64,000 nucleotides of DNA from an uncultured Pseudomonadota bacterium (GTDB lineage: Bacteria > Pseudomonadota > Alphaproteobacteria > JACZXZ01), in NCBI GenBank assembly GCA_963749075.1, contig CAVVLJ010000021.1, forward strand, positions 128,001-192,000, written 5' to 3'. The translations under genes and the position numbers were made by a program. This document shows, in pieces, positions 19,383-30,249 of this stretch. The stretch's first letter is position 1. Each line of letters opens with the position of its first letter. The notes below the pieces were generated by a model. It ran no database searches, was not told where the DNA came from, and was given only the letters and a program-made list of their open reading frames with translations.

Positions 19383-20054
19383 TTAAGCGAGCCAGACCGG
19401 GTCCTTGAGCTTGGCCACGAGCGTTTCGTGGGCGGCGAGCTCATCCTCGCTCGGCGCATGGGCGCGCGGCGGGCGGAACGGCCGCTCGGCAGCGCCGGCG
19501 CCCAAGGAGGCGCCCGCCGCCGCCGCGAGCTCGAGGGTCGCCTGGCGCCCGCCGATGAGCTCGAGATAGACCTGGGAGAGGAGATCGCAGTCGACGAGCG
19601 CTCCGTGGTAGGTGCGGGCGCTGGCATCGATCGCGAAGCGCCGGCAGAGGGCGTCGAGGCTCGCCTGAGCGCCGGGGAACTTGCGCCGCGCCATGGCAAG
19701 CGTATCCACCGCGCGCGCCGCAGCTAAGGCCGGCCGGCCGAGGCGGAGAAGCTCGGCATTGAGGAAGCGCAGATCGAACTCCGCATTGTGGATGACGAGC
19801 GGCGCATCGCCGAGAAAGGCGAGGAGCTCGTCGACGATGTCGGCAAACAGCACCTGGCCGGCGAGAAACTCCGCCGAGAGCCCGTGCACCGCCTTGGCGT
19901 CCTCGGGCACCTCGCGCTCGGGGTTGAGGTAGCGCTGGAAGCTGTTGCCGGTCGGCAGATGGTTCAAGAGCTCGAGGCAGGCGATCTCGACGATGCGGTG
20001 GCCCTCGGCCGGATCGAGGCCCGTCGTCTCGGTATCGAGCACGATCTCGCGCAT
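19383..20054 (-). CDS. dnaQ: DNA polymerase III epsilon subunit
   Basis: LDTETTG, HNAEFD, HGALVD. Confidence 0.96.
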   Translation of the reverse strand: MREIVLDTETTGLDPAEGHRIVEIACLELLNHLPTGNSFQRYLNPEREVPEDAKAVHGLSAEFLAGQVLFADIVDELLAFLGDAPLVIHNAEFDLRFLNAELLRLGRPALAAARAVDTLAMARRKFPGAQASLDALCRRFAIDASARTYHGALVDCDLLSQVYLELIGGRQATLELAAAAGASLGAGAAERPFRPPRAHAPSEDELAAHETLVAKLKDPVWLA

Positions 20055-20067
20055 GGCGGTCCCCGGC

Positions 20068-20697
20068 CTATCCGCACCTTGCGGCCTCGGGCGGCCAATG
20101 CCGCCCGCGCCGCCGCTGCATCACTCTGACGATCTTGGCGATGCGGTGCAAGCTCGCGCGCTTGCCGAGCCCGCTCGGCACCAGGAAGTCGGCGCGGCGG
20201 CGCTTCTCGCGGTCCGGCATCTGCTGGGCGAGGATGGCGGCGAGCCGCTCGCGCGTCATGCCCGGCCGCGCCAGCACGCGCTGGGCCTGGAGAGTGGCCG
20301 GTGCGGAGACCACGACCACCGCGTCGTAGCGGCGTTCCGCGCCCTGCTCGAGAAGCAGCGGAATGTCGAGCACCACGAGCCGCGCGCGCCGTGCCGCCTG
20401 GCGGCGAAGGAAGCGCTCCTGGTCTCGCCGCACGAGGGGATGGACGATGCCCTCGAGCAGCACCAGCGCCGCCGGGTCGTTGAAGACCATGGCGCCGAGG
20501 CTGCTGCGGTCGACGGCGCCCGCCTTCACGGCATCGGGAAAGGCCGCGGCGATGAGCGGCACCGCGGCACCGCCCTTGGCGAAGAGGGCATGCACCGCCG
20601 CATCGGCGTCATGCACCGCGATGCCGAGACGGCGGAAGCCCGCGGCCGCCGTGCTCTTTCCCATCGCGATCGAGCCGGTCAGGCCGAGGATCACCAT
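20068..20697 (-). CDS. coaE: Dephospho-CoA kinase
   Basis: GLTGSIAMGKST, DIPLL. Confidence 0.94.
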   Translation of the reverse strand: MVILGLTGSIAMGKSTAAAGFRRLGIAVHDADAAVHALFAKGGAAVPLIAAAFPDAVKAGAVDRSSLGAMVFNDPAALVLLEGIVHPLVRRDQERFLRRQAARRARLVVLDIPLLLEQGAERRYDAVVVVSAPATLQAQRVLARPGMTRERLAAILAQQMPDREKRRRADFLVPSGLGKRASLHRIAKIVRVMQRRRGRHWPPEAARCG

Positions 20698-20717
20698 GGC
20701 TCGCCCGGTGACGCGCG

Positions 20718-21368
20718 TCAGGCCGGGAGCATGCCGTGCTCGCGCAGAAAGGCGAGGAGCGGCAGGAGCGGCAGCCCGAGCACGGCGAAATAGTCGCCCT
20801 CCACGCGCTCGAAGAGCTGCGCGCCCAGGCCCTCGAGCTGGTAGGCGCCGACCGAGCGGCAGGCGGCCTCGCCGACCGCCGCGAGATAGCTCTCGATGAA
20901 GGCGTCGCTCAAGGGCCGCATGCGGAGGCGCGCGCGCTCGACGTGGTGCCAGAGACGGCTGCCGTCGCGCACCGCGACGACGGCCGAGAGAAGCTCGTGC
21001 TCCTTGCCGCCGAGCGCCTTGAGCTGGTCGCGCGCAGCCCCGAGGTCCGCCGGCTTGTCGTACCAGGTGCCGGCGCATTCCAACATCTGATCGGCGCCGA
21101 TGACGAAGGCGCCGACGTGGCGCAGCGAGAGCTTGCGCGCCTTGAGCTCGGCGAGCGTCAGTGCCGCCTCGGCGCTCGCGGCACCCTCGCTCTTGAGCGC
21201 CCGCTTGATCTCCTCCTCGTCGATGCCGGCGGCCTCGGCGATGCAGGCAACGCCGGCATGGCGGAGAAGTGCCGCACGGGTAGGGCTCGCGGAGGCCAGC
21301 ACCAGGCGCGGCGTCGCCGCCGCCCCTCTAGCCGCGTTCCCGCCCATGGTCATCTCGCCAGCGCTCAC
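20718..21368 (-). CDS. maf: Maf family nucleotide pyrophosphatase
   Basis: LASASPTR, IGADQ, VGAYQLEG, LGLPL. Confidence 0.92.
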   Translation of the reverse strand: MSAGEMTMGGNAARGAAATPRLVLASASPTRAALLRHAGVACIAEAAGIDEEEIKRALKSEGAASAEAALTLAELKARKLSLRHVGAFVIGADQMLECAGTWYDKPADLGAARDQLKALGGKEHELLSAVVAVRDGSRLWHHVERARLRMRPLSDAFIESYLAAVGEAACRSVGAYQLEGLGAQLFERVEGDYFAVLGLPLLPLLAFLREHGMLPA

Positions 21369-22183
21369 TGCATATGTTTCCGCCGGTCGGCATGGAGCTG
21401 CATGATCGCCGCGGCGGTCTCCTCGATCGAGCGCCGCGTCACGTCGATCACCGCCCAGCCGTGCTCGGCGAAGACGCGACGTGCTGCGGCGAGCTCGCGC
21501 TTGACGGTGTCGAGGTCGGTGTAGTCCGTATCCTCGGACTCATTCAGCGTGCGCAGCCGGTTGCGGCGGATCTGCACGAGGCGGACGGGATCCTTGGTCA
21601 GCCCGACGATGAGCGGGTGGCGCGCCTCGAGGAGCTCGTGGGGGACGGCCACGCCGGGAACGATGGGCACGTTCGCCGCCTTGATGCCGCGGTTGGCGAG
21701 ATAGATGCAGGTCGGCGTCTTGGAAGTGCGCGAGACGCCGACCAGCACCACGTCGGCGTGATCGAGGTTCCAAGCCGCCTGGCCGTCGTCATGACTGAGC
21801 ACGAACTGCATGGCATCGATGCGGCTGAAATACTCCGCGTCGAGCTCGTGCTGCCGGCCGGGCAAATTGCGGCTCTCAAGGCCGAGATAGCTCGCAAGCG
21901 CCCCCATGATGGGATCGAGCACCGAGATGTGCGGCACCTTGAGCTTGCGCAAGCCGCCGATGAGCACCGTGTGCAGCGTCTTGTCGACGAGCGTATAGAC
22001 CACGAGGCCGGGCTGCTCGGCGATCTCCGCGAGGACTTTGTCGATCTGGCTCCTCGTGCGCACGAGCGGCCACATGTGCTCGTCCACGTCGATGCCTTCG
22101 AATTGCACGAGGCAGGCGCGCACCACGCTGTGCACCGTCTCGCCGGTCGCGTCGGAGACGAGATGGACGTGCTGCTTCTTCAC
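21365..22183 (-). CDS. ppsR: Pyruvate phosphate dikinase regulatory kinase/pyrophosphorylase (DUF299)
   Basis: HLVSDATGET, HDDG, GVSRTSKTP, SIEETA; GTG start. Confidence 0.92.
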   Translation of the reverse strand: MKKQHVHLVSDATGETVHSVVRACLVQFEGIDVDEHMWPLVRTRSQIDKVLAEIAEQPGLVVYTLVDKTLHTVLIGGLRKLKVPHISVLDPIMGALASYLGLESRNLPGRQHELDAEYFSRIDAMQFVLSHDDGQAAWNLDHADVVLVGVSRTSKTPTCIYLANRGIKAANVPIVPGVAVPHELLEARHPLIVGLTKDPVRLVQIRRNRLRTLNESEDTDYTDLDTVKRELAAARRVFAEHGWAVIDVTRRSIEETAAAIMQLHADRRKHMQ

Positions 22184-22600
22184 GGGTGCGCACCTGCTGT
22201 CATGGTATTCCGCCGGCTGTGGACGACTGGCTCCGAGCGGGCATAACCCGCGGTGCAAGCCGCCTCCTCCCCATTCGACCCCCGACATCGCTCGCGCCCA
22301 GGCCGACTTCTCAACCTGTGGCCGAGGCCGCAAGCGGCCTTGTGAATCCCGCGGCCGAAGAGGACGCACATTTGCGTTATCCCGGCTTTCCCCCTCTTTC
22401 AAATCCCCAAGCGGCCGGCCCATACTGCCACGTCCGCCGCGTTTGTCACAGGCGATCCACGGCCGAGCGGCCAGCATGGGCAAGAGGGGCCGGACAGGGG
22501 AGTAAGATTGGGGGTAGATTTTACTCCCCGTGCTTAACAGGGACCCACTACTACATCTACCTTTCTTAGTTGAAGAGTCTTAAGGAAGAGGGCGAGGGGA
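22184..22600. other. Probable chromosomal replication origin (oriC)
   Basis: Divergent ppsR/hemE intergenic position typical of alphaproteobacterial oriC; degenerate DnaA boxes (TGTGGACGA 22218, CGATCCACG 22453), TCCCCA motifs, DnaA-trio-like ACTACTACATCTAC (22547-22560) followed by an AT-rich run. Confidence 0.75.
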
Positions 22601-23671
22601 GTGAACTCGGCAAGCGAGCAGACAAACCCCGGACCGGCCAGGCAGAAGCCGCTCTTGAGGGCGCTTGGCGGCAAGGGGCCCGGAGCGGTGCCGCTTTGGC
22701 TGATGCGGCAGGCCGGACGCTACCTGCCGGAGTATCGCCGCGTGCGCGAGCGTGCCGGCGGCTTTCTCGAGCTCTGCTTTACTCCCGAGCTCGCCGCCGA
22801 GGTGACGTTGCAGCCGGTGCGCCGCTTCGGCCTCGACGCGGCAATCCTATTTTCCGACATTCTGGTGGTTCCCTTGGCACTCGGGCGAGCCGTGCGCTTC
22901 AGCGAGAAGGAGGGGCCGCAGCTCGATCCTCTCGCCGATCTGGCGGACATCGAGCGCTTGCGCTGTGAGGATCTCGACGAGCGCTTGGCGCCCGTCTATG
23001 AGGCGCTTGCGCGCGTGCGTATGGCATTGGCTCCGGAGGTGGCGCTCATCGGTTTCGCCGGTGCACCATGGACCGTCGCGGCCTACATGGTAGAGGGACG
23101 CACGAGCCGCGACTTCGCCGCCGTCAAGCTCGCCGCCTTCAAGCAGCCGGAGGAGTTCCAGCGGCTCGTCGATCTCATCGCCGAGGCAACGGCGCATCAC
23201 CTCGTCCGTCAGGTCGCCGCCGGCGCCGAGGTGCTGCAGATCTTCGACAGCTGGGCCGGCGTCCTTGCCGAGGCGGAGTTCGAGCGCTGGTGCGTGGCAC
23301 CGATCGAGCGCATCGTGCGCCAAGTCAAGGAGAGCTGTCCGACGGTCCCGATCATCGCGTTCCCGCGCGGCGCCGGCGTCGGCTACAGCCGCTTCGTCGA
23401 ACGCACCGGCGTCGACGGCATTTCGCTCGATCCCACGGTACCGCTCGGCTGGGCCGCGCGCGAGCTGCAGCCGTGGGCGACGCTGCAAGGCAACCTCGAT
23501 CCGCTGCTTCTCGTTGCCGGCGGCGAGGCGATGCGCGCGGCCGCGGAGCGCATTCTGCAGTGCTGGGGCTGGGGTCCGCTCATCTTCAATCTCGGTCATG
23601 GCGTGCTCCAGACGACGCCGCCGGAGCACGTGGCCCAGCTGGTCGAGATCGTGCGCGGCTGGCGGCCGTGA
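22601..23671 (+). CDS. hemE: Uroporphyrinogen decarboxylase
   Basis: WLMRQAGRYLPEY, FSDIL, FNLGHG. Confidence 0.97.
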   Translation: MNSASEQTNPGPARQKPLLRALGGKGPGAVPLWLMRQAGRYLPEYRRVRERAGGFLELCFTPELAAEVTLQPVRRFGLDAAILFSDILVVPLALGRAVRFSEKEGPQLDPLADLADIERLRCEDLDERLAPVYEALARVRMALAPEVALIGFAGAPWTVAAYMVEGRTSRDFAAVKLAAFKQPEEFQRLVDLIAEATAHHLVRQVAAGAEVLQIFDSWAGVLAEAEFERWCVAPIERIVRQVKESCPTVPIIAFPRGAGVGYSRFVERTGVDGISLDPTVPLGWAARELQPWATLQGNLDPLLLVAGGEAMRAAAERILQCWGWGPLIFNLGHGVLQTTPPEHVAQLVEIVRGWRP

Positions 23672-24735
23672 GCGCGCAGGAGCGGATTGCCGTCGTCCTC
23701 TTCAATCTCGGCGGGCCGGACAGCCTCGCCGCCGTCGAGCCGTTTCTCTTCAATCTCTTCAACGACAAGGCGATCATCGGGCTGCCGCCCGTCCTGCGCT
23801 GGCCGCTCGCCAAGCTGATCGCCTGGCGCCGGGCGCCGGTCGCGCGCGAGATCTATCGCCATATCGGCGGCGCTTCGCCGCTCCTGGCCAATACCGAGGC
23901 GCAGGCGCAGGCGCTCGAGGCGGCACTCGCGGAGCTGGGCGAGGTGCGCAGCTTCGTCGCCATGCGCTACTGGTCGCCGTCGAGCGAGAGTGCCGCGGCC
24001 GCGGTCAAGGCCTGGGGCGCCGGGCGCGTCGTCCTGCTGCCGCTTTATCCGCAATTCTCGACCACGACGACGGCGTCCTCGTGGCGCGCCTGGCGCGAGG
24101 CGGCCGCGCGCGCCGGTCTCTCGGCACCGGCCACGCTCGTCTGCTGCTATCCGCGCGAGGCGGGCTTCGTGAAGGCCGTGGCAGCGGCGGTGCGCGAGGG
24201 GCTCGTCGAGGCGGCGGCGGCCGCCCGGGGAGAGCGCCGCGTGCGCGTGCTCTTCTCCGCGCACGGCCTGCCGAAGCGCATCGTCGAGCGCGGCGATCCC
24301 TATCAATGGCAGGTCGAGCAGAGCTGCGCCGCGGCGGTGCTGGCGATCGGGCGGCGCGACCTCGACTGGCGGGTCTGCTATCAAAGCCGCGTCGGTCCGC
24401 TCGAGTGGATCGGTCCGGCGACGGACGAGGAGATCGCGCGCGCGGGACGCGAGGGCATCGCACTCGTCGTGGTGCCGATCGCCTTCGTGTCGGAGCATTC
24501 CGAGACGCTCGAGGAGCTCGACATGAAGTATGGCGAGCTGGCGCGGAGCTCGGGCGTCTCCGCTTACGTGCGCGTGCCCACGGTCTCGCTCGCGGCGCCG
24601 TTCGTGGCGGGCCTTGCCGGGCTGGTGCGGGCGGCGCTCGCGCGGCCGCTCGAGATTTGCCCGGGCGGGGGCTTGCGCATCTGCCCGGCGGCCACGGTGA
24701 ATTGTCCGATGAACGGCAAGGGGAGCGGCGGGTGA
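23668..24735 (+). CDS. hemH: Ferrochelatase
   Basis: [39 protein letters not shown]. Confidence 0.95.
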   Translation: MSAQERIAVVLFNLGGPDSLAAVEPFLFNLFNDKAIIGLPPVLRWPLAKLIAWRRAPVAREIYRHIGGASPLLANTEAQAQALEAALAELGEVRSFVAMRYWSPSSESAAAAVKAWGAGRVVLLPLYPQFSTTTTASSWRAWREAAARAGLSAPATLVCCYPREAGFVKAVAAAVREGLVEAAAAARGERRVRVLFSAHGLPKRIVERGDPYQWQVEQSCAAAVLAIGRRDLDWRVCYQSRVGPLEWIGPATDEEIARAGREGIALVVVPIAFVSEHSETLEELDMKYGELARSSGVSAYVRVPTVSLAAPFVAGLAGLVRAALARPLEICPGGGLRICPAATVNCPMNGKGSGG

Positions 24736-25178
24736 GCTGGCTCGTGCCCATCTACCCTTGGGTCAAGGCGTTCCACGTCATCAGCGTGATCGCCTGGATG
24801 GCGGGGCTTCTCTACCTGCCGCGCCTCTTCGTCTATCACTGCGAGGCGGCGGCCGGCGCGGCCGAGGACAAGCGCTTCCAGACCATGGAACGGCGGCTGC
24901 TGCGCGCCATCATGAACCCGGCGATGGTCGCGGCGTACCTCACGGGCGGGCTGTTGCTGGCGACGCCGGGGTTGGTCGATTGGTCGCAGGGCTGGATTTA
25001 TGTCAAGCTCGCGGGCGTCGCCGTGCTCACCTGGGCCCAGCATGCCATGGGGCGCTGGCGCAACGATTTCGCCGCGGGCGCCAACAGGCATCCCCAGCGC
25101 TTCTACCGCATCATGAACGAGGTTCCCACGGTCGCCATGATCGTGATCGTGATCATGGTGGTCGTGAAACCGTTCTGA
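24732..25178 (+). CDS. hemJ: Protoporphyrinogen oxidase HemJ
   Basis: [27 protein letters not shown], ends KPF. Confidence 0.95.
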   Translation: MSWLVPIYPWVKAFHVISVIAWMAGLLYLPRLFVYHCEAAAGAAEDKRFQTMERRLLRAIMNPAMVAAYLTGGLLLATPGLVDWSQGWIYVKLAGVAVLTWAQHAMGRWRNDFAAGANRHPQRFYRIMNEVPTVAMIVIVIMVVVKPF

Positions 25179-25441
25179 GGGAAGGGCGCCTGCGCCCGGG
25201 TGCCGCACCTAAGGCGAGGGCGCAATTGAGCTTTCCCGCTGTCATCCGCATTTCGCTTGACGCGAGGGCCGCTTTGCGCGATCAATCTGGCGGATCTCCT
25301 CCAGCGACTCACGGCCTGCGTCCTTCCACGAGCTTGCGCCTGGTAGCTCCGCCTGCTCGGCGGGCATTATCCGATCATCCGGCCCGGCGCAGGGCGTCCG
25401 AGCGCTTCCCCTCCCCCCGATGCGACGCGAATAGGCGCGGC

Positions 25442-26782
25442 ATGAATCTTCAAGAGCTCAAGTCTAAGACCCCGGCGGATCTCCTGACCTACGCCGAGGA
25501 GATGCAGGTCGAGAACGCGAGCAACCTGCGCAAGCAGGAGCTCATGTTCGCCATCCTCAAGGTGCTCGCCGAGCGCGACATCGCCATCTTCGGCGACGGC
25601 GTGCTGGAGATCCTGCAGGACGGCTTCGGCTTCCTGCGCTCGCCCGAGGCCAATTATCTGCCGGGCCCGGACGACATCTACGTGTCGCCGAGCCAGGTGC
25701 GGCGCTTCGGCCTCCGGACCGGCGACACGGTGCAGGGGCAGATCAGGGCGCCCAAGGACGGCGAGCGCTATTTTGCCCTCCTCAAGGTCAACGAGATCAA
25801 CTTCGAGGACCCGGACAAGGTCCGCCACCGCATCAACTTCGACAACCTGACGCCGCTCTATCCCGACGATCGCTTCGTGCTCGAGCTCGAGCCCGATGCG
25901 CCGCCGCCGCCGGGCTCGAGCCCGACCGGCCCGGCGCCGCGCCGCGGCACCGGCTCGCGCGACACGGAGTTGCGCGACGTCTCGCGGCGCGACTTCACGG
26001 CGCGCGTCATCGACCTCATCAGCCCGCTCGGCAAGGGCCAGCGCGGCCTCATCGTGGCACCCCCGCGCACCGGCAAGACGGTGATGCTGCAGAACATCGC
26101 CCATTCGGTCGCGGCCAACCACCCCGAGGCCTACCTCATCGTGCTGCTCATCGACGAGCGGCCCGAGGAGGTCACCGACATGCAGCGCTCGGTCAAGGGC
26201 GAGGTCATCAGCTCGACCTTCGACGAGCCGGCGGTGCGCCACGTCCAGGTCGCCGAGATGGTGATCGAGAAGGCGAAGCGCCTCGTCGAGTACAAGCGCG
26301 ACGTGGTGATCCTCTTGGACTCGATCACGCGGCTCGCGCGCGCCTACAACACGGTGGTGCCGTCCTCGGGCAAGGTCCTGACCGGCGGCGTCGACGCCAA
26401 TGCCCTCCAGCGCCCCAAGCGCTTCTTCGGCGCCGCGCGCAACATCGAGGAGGGCGGCTCGCTCACCATCATCGCGACGGCGCTCGTCGACACCGGCTCG
26501 CGCATGGACGAGGTGATCTTCGAGGAGTTCAAGGGCACCGGCAATTCCGAGATCATCCTCGACCGCAAGCTCTCGGACAAGCGCGTCTTCCCCTCGATCG
26601 ACATCACGCGCTCCGGCACGCGCAAGGAGGAGCTCCTCGTCGAGCGCGACGTGCTCGCCAAGATGTGGGTCTTGCGCCGCATCCTCATGCCCATGGGCAT
26701 GAACGACGCCATGGAGTTCCTCCTCGACAAGCTGCGCCACACCAAGACCAACGCCGAGTTCTTCCAGTCGATGAACCAGTAG
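25442..26782 (+). CDS. rho: Transcription termination factor Rho
   Basis: [40 protein letters not shown]. Confidence 0.98.
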   Translation: MNLQELKSKTPADLLTYAEEMQVENASNLRKQELMFAILKVLAERDIAIFGDGVLEILQDGFGFLRSPEANYLPGPDDIYVSPSQVRRFGLRTGDTVQGQIRAPKDGERYFALLKVNEINFEDPDKVRHRINFDNLTPLYPDDRFVLELEPDAPPPPGSSPTGPAPRRGTGSRDTELRDVSRRDFTARVIDLISPLGKGQRGLIVAPPRTGKTVMLQNIAHSVAANHPEAYLIVLLIDERPEEVTDMQRSVKGEVISSTFDEPAVRHVQVAEMVIEKAKRLVEYKRDVVILLDSITRLARAYNTVVPSSGKVLTGGVDANALQRPKRFFGAARNIEEGGSLTIIATALVDTGSRMDEVIFEEFKGTGNSEIILDRKLSDKRVFPSIDITRSGTRKEELLVERDVLAKMWVLRRILMPMGMNDAMEFLLDKLRHTKTNAEFFQSMNQ

Positions 26783-26819
26783 GTCCGCGCGAAGCGGGCC
26801 GCACGCGCGGAGGGCGGCG

Positions 26820-28001
26820 ATGACCTCGGCGCAATCCCCCGCAGATGTGGAAGACCACCCGGTCGCCCGGCGCATCCGCCGGCCCGGGCCGAAGTACCTC
26901 CTTGCGCTCGACGGCGGCGGGCTGCGCGGCGTGGTGGCGCTTGCCTTCCTCCAGCGCATCGAGACGCTGCTGCGCGCGCGCTACGGCAACCGGCCGGACT
27001 TTCGCCTGCGCGACCACTTCGACATGATCGGGGGCACCTCGAGCGGCGCCATCATCGCGACCGGCCTGGCGCTCGGGCATTCCGTGGACGACATGCTCGC
27101 CGTCTACCGCGACTTCGGCCGGCAGGTGTTCGTGCGGCACATCTGGCGCCGCGGCCTTTTCGGCCCGCGCTTCTCGCTCAGAGCGCTCGAGGCCAATTTC
27201 CACCGCGAGCTCGGAGAGAGGACGCTCGGCACCCGGGAGATCACTTGCGCCCTCGTCCTCGTGGCCAAGCGGCTCGATACCGGCAGCGTCTGGGTGCTGC
27301 ACAACAATCCGTTCGGGCGCTATTACGGCGCGCCCAAGGACGAGCCCGCGGCGACGCCGAACAAGGATCTTCCGTTGCAGCAAATCCTGCGCGCGAGCAC
27401 CGCGGCGCCGACCTTCTTTCCCCCGGAATTCATCGAGGTGGCCAAAGGCCATTCGGGCTTCTTCGTCGACGGCGGCGCCAGCCCCTACAACAATCCGGCG
27501 CTGCTGCTCTTCCTCGTCGCCACCACGCCGTCCTACGGCTATGGCTGGCAGAGCGGCGAGCAGGCGCTCCACCTAACCTCGGTCGGAACCGGATTGGAAC
27601 GTCCGGCGCACGACGTGCGGGAGCTCCGCCACATGCCTTCCGCCCTGATGGCGACGCATGCACTGCGCTCGATCGTCGCCGATTGCAGCCGGCTGGGCCA
27701 TATGGTGCTGCAGTCCATGGCAGCCGTGCGCACGCCCTGGTCCATCGACCGGGAGGCGGGGGCGCTCGATCACGAGAAGCCGCCCGAGCGGCGGCTTCTG
27801 TCCTACGCGCGCTTCGACGTGCCGCTCGAGAGCGCGTGGATCGAAAGGGAGCTTCGCCGCCATGTGAGTGCTGCCGAGCTCGCGCCCTTGGGCGAGATCG
27901 ACAATGTCGCCGCGATCGAGCCGCTCTATCAGCTCGGTGCCGCGGCGGCCGAGCGCCTGGTGCGGCCCGATCTGCTGAGCTTCGCGGCGCCGCCCGCGTG
28001 A
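26820..28001 (+). CDS. Patatin-like phospholipase
   Basis: DGGGLRG, GTSSG nucleophile elbow, DGG. Confidence 0.9.
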   Translation: MTSAQSPADVEDHPVARRIRRPGPKYLLALDGGGLRGVVALAFLQRIETLLRARYGNRPDFRLRDHFDMIGGTSSGAIIATGLALGHSVDDMLAVYRDFGRQVFVRHIWRRGLFGPRFSLRALEANFHRELGERTLGTREITCALVLVAKRLDTGSVWVLHNNPFGRYYGAPKDEPAATPNKDLPLQQILRASTAAPTFFPPEFIEVAKGHSGFFVDGGASPYNNPALLLFLVATTPSYGYGWQSGEQALHLTSVGTGLERPAHDVRELRHMPSALMATHALRSIVADCSRLGHMVLQSMAAVRTPWSIDREAGALDHEKPPERRLLSYARFDVPLESAWIERELRRHVSAAELAPLGEIDNVAAIEPLYQLGAAAAERLVRPDLLSFAAPPA

Positions 28002-28011
28002 GTGCTGCCGC

Positions 28012-28989
28012 TTATGGGATCAGCACCGTCGAGCCCGTGGTCTTGCGCGCCTCGAGATCGCGGTGGGCCTGTGCTGCGTCGGCGAGCTTGTAGGTCTGGT
28101 TGACGCGGATCTTGACGGCGCCCGAGCGCACGGCGCGGAAGAGATCGCGCGCGGCCGCGAGGAGGTCCGCGTGCTTCGCCGCATAAGTCTGCAGCGACGG
28201 CCTTGTCAAGAAGAGCGAGCCCTTGGCGACCAGCATGCTGAGATCGAAGGGCGGCACCGGGCCCGAGGCGCTGCCGAAGCTCACCATCAGCCCCAAGGGC
28301 CTGAGGCAGTCGAGCGAGCGGACGAAGGTGTCCTTGCCGATCGAATCATAGACCACCGGCACGCCTTCGCCCTTGGTGATCTTCCTCACCGCGGCCACGA
28401 AGTCGTCGCGCGTATAGACGATCGGATGCTTGCAGCCGTTCGCCTTGGCGAGCTTGGCCTTGTCGTCCGAGCCCACCGTGCCGATGACGGTGGCGCCGAG
28501 CGACTTGGCCCATTGGCAGAGGATGAGGCCGACGCCGCCGGCCGCGGCGTGGATGAGGATGGTGTCGCCCTTCTTCACCCGGTAGGTGCGGCGGATGAGA
28601 TACTGCACGGTCATGCCCTGCAGCATCATGGCGGCACCCGTCTTGAAGTCGATCTCCTTGGGCAGCTTGAGCAGGCGCTCGGCCGGCATCACGCGCGCCT
28701 CCGCATAGGCGCCGAGCGGCCCCTGGCCGTAGGCCACGCGGTCGCCGGCCTTGATCTCCTTGACCCTGGGACCGACCTTCTCGACGATGCCGGCACCCTC
28801 GTAGCCGATGCCGCAAGGGTAGGCGGGCTGCTTATAGAGTCCGCTCCGGATATAGCAGTCGACGAAGTTGAGGCCGACCGCGTGGTTGCGCACGAGCGCC
28901 TCGCCCGGGCCCGGCTCCGGCAGCGCGAGGTTCTCCAGCCTGAGCACCTCGGGCCCGCCGGGCTGGCTGATGCGGATGGTCTCGACCAT
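28012..28989 (-). CDS. qor: NADPH:quinone oxidoreductase (MDR family)
   Basis: HAAAGGVG, YDSIGKDT, KGSLFLTRP, TTGSTVL. Confidence 0.9.
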   Translation of the reverse strand: MVETIRISQPGGPEVLRLENLALPEPGPGEALVRNHAVGLNFVDCYIRSGLYKQPAYPCGIGYEGAGIVEKVGPRVKEIKAGDRVAYGQGPLGAYAEARVMPAERLLKLPKEIDFKTGAAMMLQGMTVQYLIRRTYRVKKGDTILIHAAAGGVGLILCQWAKSLGATVIGTVGSDDKAKLAKANGCKHPIVYTRDDFVAAVRKITKGEGVPVVYDSIGKDTFVRSLDCLRPLGLMVSFGSASGPVPPFDLSMLVAKGSLFLTRPSLQTYAAKHADLLAAARDLFRAVRSGAVKIRVNQTYKLADAAQAHRDLEARKTTGSTVLIP

Positions 28990-29029
28990 GGTCTCGCTCC
29001 CTTTCCCGATTGCTATTCGCTCCGGCGCC

Positions 29030-29725
29030 TCAAGCGAGGTGAGCCTTGAAGAAATCCGCGCTGCGCTTGTTGGCGAGCTCGGCCGCCGCCTTGTCGAAGT
29101 GCTGGCCGCCGGGCCGCGCGAAGGCATGCTCCATGCCGTCGTAGACATGGATGGTCACCTTCGCATTGCCGGCGAGGCCGCTCCTGATCTTGGCCTGGGC
29201 CTCGGGCGGGCAATAGGAGTCCTTGGCTGCGATGTGCAGCATGAGCGGCTTCTTGATGTTCCCGGCCTCCTCTAAGGCGCCCTCGATGCCGACGCCGTAG
29301 TAGCCCACGCTGGCGTCGGCGTCGGTGCGCGTGGCCATGAGGTAGGCGAGCTTGCCGCCGAGGCAATAGCCGACCGAGCCGACCTTGCCGCTCGCGCCCG
29401 GGATCGCGCGCGCATAGGCGAGCGTCGCCTTGAGGTCCTCGACGCCCTTGGCCTCGTCGAAGCCCTTGTAGAGGGCGAAGGCCTGCTGCCACTCGGCCTC
29501 GGTGCGGTCGCTGATCTGGATGCCCGGCTCCTGGCGCCAGAAGAGGTCGGGGCAGATGGCGAAGGCGCCGGCGCCGGCCAAGCGGTCGCACACGTCGCGC
29601 ATCACCCGGTTGACGCCGAAGATCTCCTGGCACACGACGATGCCGGGTCCCTTGCCGGAGGCGGGCTTGGCGAGATAGGCGGTGAATTGGCCGCCGTCGC
29701 TGGCGGCGATCGTCACGTCGGGCAT
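29030..29725 (-). CDS. Dienelactone hydrolase family protein
   Basis: QEIFGVN, GYCLGG, HAFAR. Confidence 0.92.
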   Translation of the reverse strand: MPDVTIAASDGGQFTAYLAKPASGKGPGIVVCQEIFGVNRVMRDVCDRLAGAGAFAICPDLFWRQEPGIQISDRTEAEWQQAFALYKGFDEAKGVEDLKATLAYARAIPGASGKVGSVGYCLGGKLAYLMATRTDADASVGYYGVGIEGALEEAGNIKKPLMLHIAAKDSYCPPEAQAKIRSGLAGNAKVTIHVYDGMEHAFARPGGQHFDKAAAELANKRSADFFKAHLA

Positions 29726-29810
29726 GACCCCTCCTGTCGGGCGGGAGCTTTCTACGGAAGTGCGCTTGTCCGTGCTCGCCGCGCGAGAGTAGCGCGGGGA
29801 ATGCCGCTTG

Positions 29811-30249
29811 TCACGGGGACGCCTCCGGCAGATCCGGGTTCTCGAGCTCCAAGAGGCGGCGCTTGATGGCGATCCCGGCGCCGCCTGAATAGCCGCCGAT
29901 GCCGCCCACCGCAACCACCCGGTGGCAGGGGATGATGATGGGGATGGGATTGCGCCCGCAGGCGCCGCCCACGGCGCGCGGCACGCTGCCGATGCGCGCG
30001 GCGAGCTCGCGATAGGTGCTGAGCGTGCCGTAGGGAATGGCGAGGAGGGCCTGCCAGAGGCGGCGCTGGAACGGCGTGCCCTCGGGCTCAAGCCGCAATG
30101 CGAACTCGCGCCTCAGGCCGGCGAAGTAGCCGCCGAGCTGGGCCGCCGCCTCGGCGAGGAGCGGCGTCGCATCCTCGCCGCCGGCGCCGCCGAAGTCGAG
30201 CGCCACGATGGCGCCGCGGCGCTCGCTCACGGTGAGCGGCCCGAGCGGG

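Noticed and set aside
26820-28001. Patatin as a CBASS CapV effector
   Set aside because: No CD-NTase or cap genes adjacent, and composition matches the backbone
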